The notes under the pieces are model-generated. The model saw only the letters and a list, made by a program, of their open reading frames with translations. It made no database searches and was not told the DNA's origin. A stretch of DNA of 33,844 bases. Source: a virus (lineage: Duplodnaviria; Heunggongvirae; Uroviricota; Caudoviricetes). Both the position numbers and the translations under genes were made by a program. The stretch lies in IMG/VR virus record IMGVR_UViG_3300029042_000248; one strand, given 5' to 3'. Below are positions 28,035 to 33,844 of the stretch, one piece after another. Each line of letters begins with the position of its first letter. Within the stretch, counting starts at the first letter, position 1.

Positions 28035-28603
28035 CGGAATGGCTGACCGCACTGCAACAGGTCATGCCACGGGGTAAGGCATGGCCGCGTGATAACGACG
28101 CGGATTTAAACCGCTTTTTAAGGGCGCTTGCAGAGCGTTTAACCCGTGTTGAATACGACGCCTCGCGTCTGCATGTGGAGATGCGACCGGAAACCACGCT
28201 CCAGCTGCTGCCGGAGTGGGAGCAATATCTGGCGCTACCGGAATGCGGAATTGCCGCCGCCACAACGGAAGCCCGCCGCCGGGCCGTGGTGGAGAAATAC
28301 CGCCGCAAAGGCGGGCTGGCAACCTGGCAGATTGAAGCCGCTGCGGCGGCGCTGGGCTTCACCATAAAGGTGACGGCTGTTCTGCCGCACCACTGTCTGC
28401 GCGACTGTATGTATCCGCTGCATCCGGCCCGGTATCGCTGGCTGCTGAAAGTGGAAGTCCCGGACAACGATGCCGGACGGTTTACCTGTATTGATGACGT
28501 CATGACGCCATTAATCAGCGAACGGACCCGCGAGCTGGAATGCCTGCTGAAGCATTACCGGCTGGCGGGCACGGAATATGAATATTATTACACCGGAGAA
28601 TAA
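28019..28603 (+). CDS. Tail/baseplate protein, Mu gp48 / P2 gpI-like (194 aa)
   Basis: Position between baseplate J and fibre. Confidence 0.7.
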   Translation: MAHSVTEWLTALQQVMPRGKAWPRDNDADLNRFLRALAERLTRVEYDASRLHVEMRPETTLQLLPEWEQYLALPECGIAAATTEARRRAVVEKYRRKGGLATWQIEAAAAALGFTIKVTAVLPHHCLRDCMYPLHPARYRWLLKVEVPDNDAGRFTCIDDVMTPLISERTRELECLLKHYRLAGTEYEYYYTGE

Positions 28604-28606
28604 TTT

Positions 28607-29602
28607 ATGTTTCATGTGGATAATCCGACGGGTGTGCCGGTGATGCCACCTGTCGCGGCTGAATTAAGCAAAACAACGCTTTATTTTACCGAAGGCGGGA
28701 ACGGTATTCCGCCCACTTATCCGGGGCCGGACTGGTTTAATATTATTCAGTCTGAACTGCTGGAAATTCTCCGGCAGGCAAATATCAAACCGGATAAAAA
28801 TACCACCAACCAGATTATGACGGCGCTGAAAAAACTGTTTATTACGAACAGTGGTTCAGCCGGTGCTATTGCCGGATTAACCGGTCAGAATAATACGTTC
28901 CCGTATTTTACGGGCGAAGACACAATGGCATTAACGCCGCTCAGTGCTTTTGTGCGCAGTATTCTCGGGAAAACCACAGCCAGCGAATTTATTAAAGCAA
29001 TTGGCCTGTCACCGGACACCCTTTTATCAAAAGGACGGATGACGGCATTAAGCGGCACAGCTCAGGGCAATGCAGGGCTGCAGATGTATGAAGCGTACAA
29101 CAACGGCTACCCCACCACTTATGGCAATGTTCTGCACCTGAAAGGCGCGACAGCATCAGGCGAAGGTGAACTGCTGATTGGCTGGAGTGGTACGAGTGGA
29201 GCGCATGCCCCTGTTTATATCCGTTCAAGACGTGATTCTGCAGATGCCAGCTGGTCCGAATGGGCACAGGTGTATACATCAAAAGACAGCTTCAACGCAG
29301 CAACCGCTACAAAACTACAGACCCCCCGCAAAATTAACGGCACGGCATTTGATGGCACCAGCGATATCACCATCAGCAGCACCGATTCCGGCGCTGTGCG
29401 TGATTTCAGATACACCAGCGAAGTGTTTCACAATCCCGGTGGTAACGAAATTTCCTGGGTATTTCGCGCGCCTTCAGGTTGTATTTTGTCAGGTATTAAC
29501 GTTCAGGAAACTGGCAGAAACTCTGCGGATAACATCGGCGGCGTGTATTACAAACAAACCCAGATTTATATCAATGGCGGATGGCGCACGGTATCCGGCT
29601 AA
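28607..29602 (+). CDS. Tail fibre protein, Mu S-type N-terminus (331 aa)
   Basis: N-terminus MFHVDNPTGVPVMPP...PDWFNIIQSELLEIL...PDKNTTNQIMTAL typical of Mu-like fibre anchors; C-terminus ...IYINGGWRTVSG resembles the P2 H C-terminus. Confidence 0.75.
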   Translation: MFHVDNPTGVPVMPPVAAELSKTTLYFTEGGNGIPPTYPGPDWFNIIQSELLEILRQANIKPDKNTTNQIMTALKKLFITNSGSAGAIAGLTGQNNTFPYFTGEDTMALTPLSAFVRSILGKTTASEFIKAIGLSPDTLLSKGRMTALSGTAQGNAGLQMYEAYNNGYPTTYGNVLHLKGATASGEGELLIGWSGTSGAHAPVYIRSRRDSADASWSEWAQVYTSKDSFNAATATKLQTPRKINGTAFDGTSDITISSTDSGAVRDFRYTSEVFHNPGGNEISWVFRAPSGCILSGINVQETGRNSADNIGGVYYKQTQIYINGGWRTVSG

Positions 29603-29616
29603 TTAAGGAGAAAATA

Positions 29617-30147
29617 ATGGAACTCAGAAACGTCACGCGTTATTACCCGGAAGAGATGCCTTATGGTGAAAACATTCAGTATTTCCGCAGTGAAGACGGA
29701 CAGGATTTTTATGAATCACTGGATAAATTCACGAAGAAATACAAATTATGTATTCACCCGGAAACCGGCGTGATTTATTCGATGGCGGAAGACGTGTCCC
29801 GTCTTTATCCGGCTGGCTTCACCATTGTGGAAGTGGACGAGCTGCCGGAAGGTTTTGGCATTGAAGCCAGCTGGTATTACCAGGACGGCGAAGTGCTGCC
29901 TGTTCCTGTTGATTATTCGCAACTGGCAGAAAAACAACGTCAGCGCCTGCTGAATGAAGCAAAAGACATCACCTCCGACTGGAAAACCGAGCTGGAGCTG
30001 GGCACCATCAGCGACGATGACAAAGTCCGTCTTACGCAGTGGATGGCATATATCAAAGCGGTAAAGGCACTGGATTTAAGCACCGTTACTGACGAAGCCT
30101 CCTTTTATTCCATCAACTGGCCGGAGCGTCCCGATGCCGCAGCTTAA
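29617..30147 (+). CDS. Tail fibre assembly chaperone, Mu U / P2 G-like (176 aa from ATG 29617)
   Basis: AAGGAG RBS 29605-29610 with 6-nt spacer; small acidic protein after fibre gene; the track start at 29581 overlaps the fibre gene and lacks an RBS. Confidence 0.7.
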   Translation: MELRNVTRYYPEEMPYGENIQYFRSEDGQDFYESLDKFTKKYKLCIHPETGVIYSMAEDVSRLYPAGFTIVEVDELPEGFGIEASWYYQDGEVLPVPVDYSQLAEKQRQRLLNEAKDITSDWKTELELGTISDDDKVRLTQWMAYIKAVKALDLSTVTDEASFYSINWPERPDAAA

Positions 30148-33100
30148 AGGTGTGATTAAAACGCCCACGGGAGAACCGCTGGGCGGCGCAACTATTACAC
30201 TGACCTCCCTGCACAACCGTGCAGGGATTCTGAAAAGTGTTTTCAGCCACGTCACCACACAGAGCGGGGAGTATGACTTCCCCGTTCTGCCGGGTGTGTA
30301 CAGCGTTCGCCTGACACAAAGCACACAGCGCCTTTCAGAAATCGGTGTCATCCGCGTTTATGAAGATTCAGCGGATGGTTCGCTGAATGATTTTCTGGGC
30401 GCAACCGATATTGACCTGCGCCCGGAAGCCCTGAAGAAATTCGAAGAGCTGGCGCAACAGGCGCAGCAAAGCGCAGAAAAAGCAGGAGAGCACGCGGACG
30501 CTGCTGAACAAGCCCGCCAGGATACAGAAACGCTCGCCGGGGAAATACAGCAGGATGCAGAAGAAATTGCGGGTAATGTGCAGAAAGCTGAAAAGCTGGC
30601 CTCTGAAACCAACCAGAATGCCGCCCGCGCAGAGCAGGCCGTCAAGGATGCCGATAAGATAGTCCAGAAAGCGGTCGATAAACTCGGTGAAGCTGCAACG
30701 CTGACCGGCGAGGCAAAAGCCAGCGCCGAAGCGGCAGCCAAAAGCGAGCAGAACGCGAAACAGCACAGGGACGAGGCGCAACGGATAGTTGATGACCTGA
30801 AGGGAAGCAATGCTTCCACGACAGAAAAAGGCCTGGTGCAACTCTGTAGTGATACAGACAACGACAGCGAAGAACTGGCAGCCACACCAAAGGCTGTCAA
30901 AACCGTCATGGACGAGACGAAAACAAAAGCGCCACTGGACAGCCCGGCGTTCACCGGCACGCCAACCACACCAACCCCACCGGACGATGCAGTCGGTCTG
31001 GAAACCGCGAACGCGGCATTTGTTCGCAAACTGCTCGCCGCACTGGTTGACTCGTCACCGGAAGCCCTGGACACGCTGAACGAACTGGCAGCGGCGCTGG
31101 GCAATGACCCGGAGTTTGCGACAACAATCATGAACGCGCTGGCAGGTAAACAACCACTCAGCGACGTGTTAACCGCAATCAGTAATCTGGAAGAACGGGC
31201 AGATAATCTTCTGTGCTTTAATCAGGACGGAAATGCTTCACTGTCTCCGCTGTCAGAAAAAGCCCGGTCACTGCTGGCACAGGCCACAGTGGAAGCCATG
31301 CGCAATGAGCTTGAGCTGAAAAGCGCAGCGGTAAAGGACATTCAGACAGACCTTTACGACAGCTCGGAAGGTCGCGTTGCGCTGCCTGGTGCATTTGGTT
31401 ACGGAATGACGGACGCCGGAGCGAGTTCAATCATTGCCAGCGATATGGCGACTGTAGCCAGAACTGCGCACAACCTGCACCCGGGACGGTATTACACCTT
31501 TTCCACACAAACGGAAGAAACAACCGGAATAACAGAAATTATCTGGCTGGATAATGGCTGGGGCGACAAAACAAGCCAGACATCAACAAAGCTGGTTCTG
31601 TTTTTTGGAAAAGACGGACGGATTCTTATGACCGTCCGTGGCGATAATATCTCCGCCCCGGTCACCTGGACGAATCTGACGCCACAACTTGGCAATGCAG
31701 CACAGAAGGATGCACAGGAGAATATTTACGACCGCACCGAAGGCCGACTGGCGATTCCAGGCATGTTCGGATTCGGGAAAATATTTTCACCTGATGATGT
31801 GGTCCGGTTTAATTCAGAAGCTGATTTATTGAGGTGGGCAAAACAGGTCACACCGGGTGAATATTTTGTAAATGGTTCCTCCGGCATTCTTCCTGGCGTC
31901 GTTTTCCAGGGAATGATTCGCATCCGCTTCCTGGAAGCTAACCGGACTACACCGAACCCTCCATATACGGCAAAAGCCATTATTTTCTACGGTGTTAACG
32001 GTGATATTTATTATAACCGTTACTGGTCCACAGGTGATGGATGGTTAACTGGCTGGATAAACCTGAAGGTCAATGAGGCTTCACTCAGGGCACTGATTGA
32101 AACCCGTGCACCACTGAACAGCCCGGCATTGACCGGAACGCCGTCCACGCCAACACCGCCGGATGATGCAGCAGGTAATGAAATAGCCAATGCGGAGTTT
32201 GTCCGCAAACTGCTCGCTGCGCTGGTTGACTCATCACCGGAAGCCCTGGACACACTGAACGAGCTGGCAGCGGCGCTGGGTAATGACCCGAACTTTGCGA
32301 CGACAATCACAAACGCGCTGGCAGGCAAACAGCCGCTTAATGACGTGTTAACAGCGGTCGGTCAGATTACGCCGAGGAAAAATTCACTTTTGTATTACAA
32401 CGAAAGCGGGAATCTGACACTGACGGACCTGACAGGGCGAGCGAAGTCGCTTCTTGGTCTGGGAACATATGAGAAGATGCGTGCGTTGCTGGAATTAAAA
32501 GCTGCCGCAACAATGGACCCCCAGAGCGATATCCGTGACCGCACACCCGGCAGGCTGGCGCTACCGGGCGCTTTTGGCTTTGGTAAGGCATTCAGTAACA
32601 CAGAAGCCCTGACATTTAACGGGCAGGCCGATTTTGCTGAATGGCTGAAAGAGGTCACGCCGGGGCGTTATGCGGTCAGTATTGCGGCCTCTTCCACGCT
32701 GCTGACTGGCACAACGAAATTTAACGGCATCATTGATGTGATGTGGTCGCCCTTTGATAACGACGAATCAGACGCAATACGCAAATTCAAGACGGCGGTG
32801 TTTTACAACCAGTATTACGAAGGTGAACACAGTATTCATCGTCTGACTTACCGCTGGAGTGGAAACAACTGGAATGCAACAGTAAGCCCCGTCGTTTACG
32901 ACGGCGATTCGCTGGCGTTCTTTCTGGCGGGGACAGCAGGCAATGGTCCGTCCTCTTATTACAAATACCCGGCAGTTGGCTCTCTTCTTCTCGCGGTCTA
33001 TCAGGGAACAGCAGCAGGCGATAAGGCAATCAAAATTGGTCTGGGGGATATCGTACCGGGTTCGCGGCTGGGGCCGGTCGCGATGAGTTGCACAATCAAT

Positions 33101-33247
33101 GATGCCGGGTCGTATGTTTCATCTCCCCAGGTTAATGTTGGCGGAGCCGGTGCATACAATTTCCCGGGGCGTTATCAGGCTTTGTCTGGTACGCGTGTTA
33201 CATATGGTGATAGAGGATTCCTTTGCCTGTTCGTGCGCATTGAGTAA
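30134..33247 (+). CDS. Long side-tail-fibre protein, lambda Stf-like (1037 aa) with duplicated collar and three receptor-binding-like domains
   Basis: N-terminus and collar resemble lambda Stf from memory (VYEDSADGSLNDFL; GLVQL...LAATPKAVKTVMDET; DALNTLNELAAALGNDP..ATT..NALAGKQP); Ala/Glu/Lys-rich coiled coil; starts 14 nt inside the preceding gene. Confidence 0.8.
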   Translation: MPQLKGVIKTPTGEPLGGATITLTSLHNRAGILKSVFSHVTTQSGEYDFPVLPGVYSVRLTQSTQRLSEIGVIRVYEDSADGSLNDFLGATDIDLRPEALKKFEELAQQAQQSAEKAGEHADAAEQARQDTETLAGEIQQDAEEIAGNVQKAEKLASETNQNAARAEQAVKDADKIVQKAVDKLGEAATLTGEAKASAEAAAKSEQNAKQHRDEAQRIVDDLKGSNASTTEKGLVQLCSDTDNDSEELAATPKAVKTVMDETKTKAPLDSPAFTGTPTTPTPPDDAVGLETANAAFVRKLLAALVDSSPEALDTLNELAAALGNDPEFATTIMNALAGKQPLSDVLTAISNLEERADNLLCFNQDGNASLSPLSEKARSLLAQATVEAMRNELELKSAAVKDIQTDLYDSSEGRVALPGAFGYGMTDAGASSIIASDMATVARTAHNLHPGRYYTFSTQTEETTGITEIIWLDNGWGDKTSQTSTKLVLFFGKDGRILMTVRGDNISAPVTWTNLTPQLGNAAQKDAQENIYDRTEGRLAIPGMFGFGKIFSPDDVVRFNSEADLLRWAKQVTPGEYFVNGSSGILPGVVFQGMIRIRFLEANRTTPNPPYTAKAIIFYGVNGDIYYNRYWSTGDGWLTGWINLKVNEASLRALIETRAPLNSPALTGTPSTPTPPDDAAGNEIANAEFVRKLLAALVDSSPEALDTLNELAAALGNDPNFATTITNALAGKQPLNDVLTAVGQITPRKNSLLYYNESGNLTLTDLTGRAKSLLGLGTYEKMRALLELKAAATMDPQSDIRDRTPGRLALPGAFGFGKAFSNTEALTFNGQADFAEWLKEVTPGRYAVSIAASSTLLTGTTKFNGIIDVMWSPFDNDESDAIRKFKTAVFYNQYYEGEHSIHRLTYRWSGNNWNATVSPVVYDGDSLAFFLAGTAGNGPSSYYKYPAVGSLLLAVYQGTAAGDKAIKIGLGDIVPGSRLGPVAMSCTINDAGSYVSSPQVNVGGAGAYNFPGRYQALSGTRVTYGDRGFLCLFVRIE
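30931..31178 (+). repeat. Collar repeat copy 1 inside the Stf-like gene
   Basis: ~250 nt encoding APLDSPAFTGTPTTPTPPDD...ALAGKQPLSDVLTA; near-identical to 32108-32355. Confidence 0.75.
32108..32355 (+). repeat. Collar repeat copy 2 inside the Stf-like gene
   Basis: Encodes APLNSPALTGTPSTPTPPDD...ALAGKQPLNDVLTA; core nucleotide identity roughly 90% or more by eye. Confidence 0.75.
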
Positions 33248-33260
33248 TGAGGAAATAAGG

Positions 33261-33844
33261 CATGAAAATCAGAGCGGTAAAGGGCATCAGAAACGCCCAT
33301 TATCTCGAAAATGGTGCGGTTGACTGCGAGGTGTTATTTGAAGGTGAAAGGGAATTCGTCCCGTATACCGCCATGCAGGATGATACCGCAATGACAGGCC
33401 AGCGCATCTGGNNNNNNNNNNNNNNNNNNNNNNGGTGAAATCGCCCCGTTCACCGTCACGCCTGAACTTATCGCAGCGGCAAAAGATGCCAAAAAGATGG
33501 AAATCGAGGCGTGGCGCACAGAACAGGAAGCGCAGCCGTTCACGTTCGAATGGAACGGACACACCTGGAACGCCGGCCCCGACTCACTCGCCCGTCTTTA
33601 TCCGGCAGTAATGGCATCAAAGTCTGACACAGCGCGAAAAACCATGGTATGGGGCGATGCGGAAAACCAGCAGGTGAAACTGTCGATGCAGAAACTGGAT
33701 GAGCTGCTTACTGCAATGGTGCAGGCACAGGTCGATCGCAACGATGAGATTTATCGTCTCCAGCGAGAGATGAAGCAAGAGCTGAATAACATGGAGGATT
33801 TGGTTTCAATCAGGAAACTGGTCGTTAGCCCAGAAAAAACTTGA
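33261..33844 (+). CDS. Second tail-fibre chaperone-like gene, interrupted by a 22-nt N run (33412-33433)
   Basis: ATG 33261 with upstream GAGGAAATAAGG; continues after the N run in the frame of track ORF 33497-33844, ending exactly at the window end; frame across the gap is unverifiable. Confidence 0.4.

Larger units (their letters stand above)
1..33844 (+). mobile_element. Mu/D108-like transposable bacteriophage (prophage) genome, repressor end through tail-fibre region; attL and right end (gin/mom/attR) not in window
   Basis: Collinear Mu gene order c-ner-A-B-gam-gemA-mor-lysis-terminase-portal-F-I-T-sheath-tube-TMP-N-P-Q-baseplate-fibre; all genes except c on + strand with tight ATGA-type overlaps. 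Confidence 0.9.

Noticed and set aside
29836-29860. Possible gix-like Gin crossover site (GGTTTTGGCATT) inside the first chaperone gene
   Set aside because: It is only a partial match to half of the gix consensus as I recall it, with no partner site in inverted orientation and no reverse-strand fibre genes.
29581-30147. Track start at 29581 for the first fibre chaperone
   Set aside because: That start overlaps the fibre gene end and lacks an RBS; ATG 29617 has a consensus AAGGAG 6 nt upstream.
1-33844. CRISPR arrays, tRNA or rRNA genes, attL/attR ends
   Set aside because: No regularly spaced short repeats or cloverleaf-like segments were seen, and the window begins at the c stop codon and ends at a fibre-region stop, so the phage ends are outside the window.

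Overview
This window is almost the whole genome of a Mu/D108-like transposable phage (prophage), running from the 3' end of the leftward repressor gene c to the end of the tail-fibre region. All family assignments are by eye from the translated ORFs and from memory of phage Mu, D108, P2 and lambda proteins; no database search was run. Gene order on the + strand is Mu-like: c(-), operator, ner, transposase A (DDE), ATPase B, kil-like and small early genes, gam, an AT-rich accessory cluster, gemA, a single Mor/C-family activator, a lysis/unknown block, terminase, portal, F, protease/scaffold I, major head T, head-tail joining genes, sheath, tube, chaperone, tape measure, N, P, Q, baseplate genes, then fibres. 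attL, gin/mom and attR lie outside the window. No tRNA, rRNA or CRISPR array was seen. The most unusual features are: (1) two co-oriented tail-fibre/chaperone modules in tandem (a Mu S/U-like pair followed by a 1037-aa lambda Stf-like fibre with a second chaperone-like gene) with no sign of an invertible G segment; (2) a ~250-bp near-identical duplication of the fibre collar inside the Stf-like gene, flanking a lower-GC insert with three divergent receptor-binding-like domains; (3) an identical 26-bp palindrome+T7 element at matching distance upstream of the lysis operon and the head operon, each followed by a hairpin abutting the RBS; (4) only one Mor/C-family activator, with no separate C gene; (5) an AT-rich 1.4-kb accessory cluster between gam and gemA. 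Most long minus-strand ORFs in the track are GC-driven antisense artefacts.
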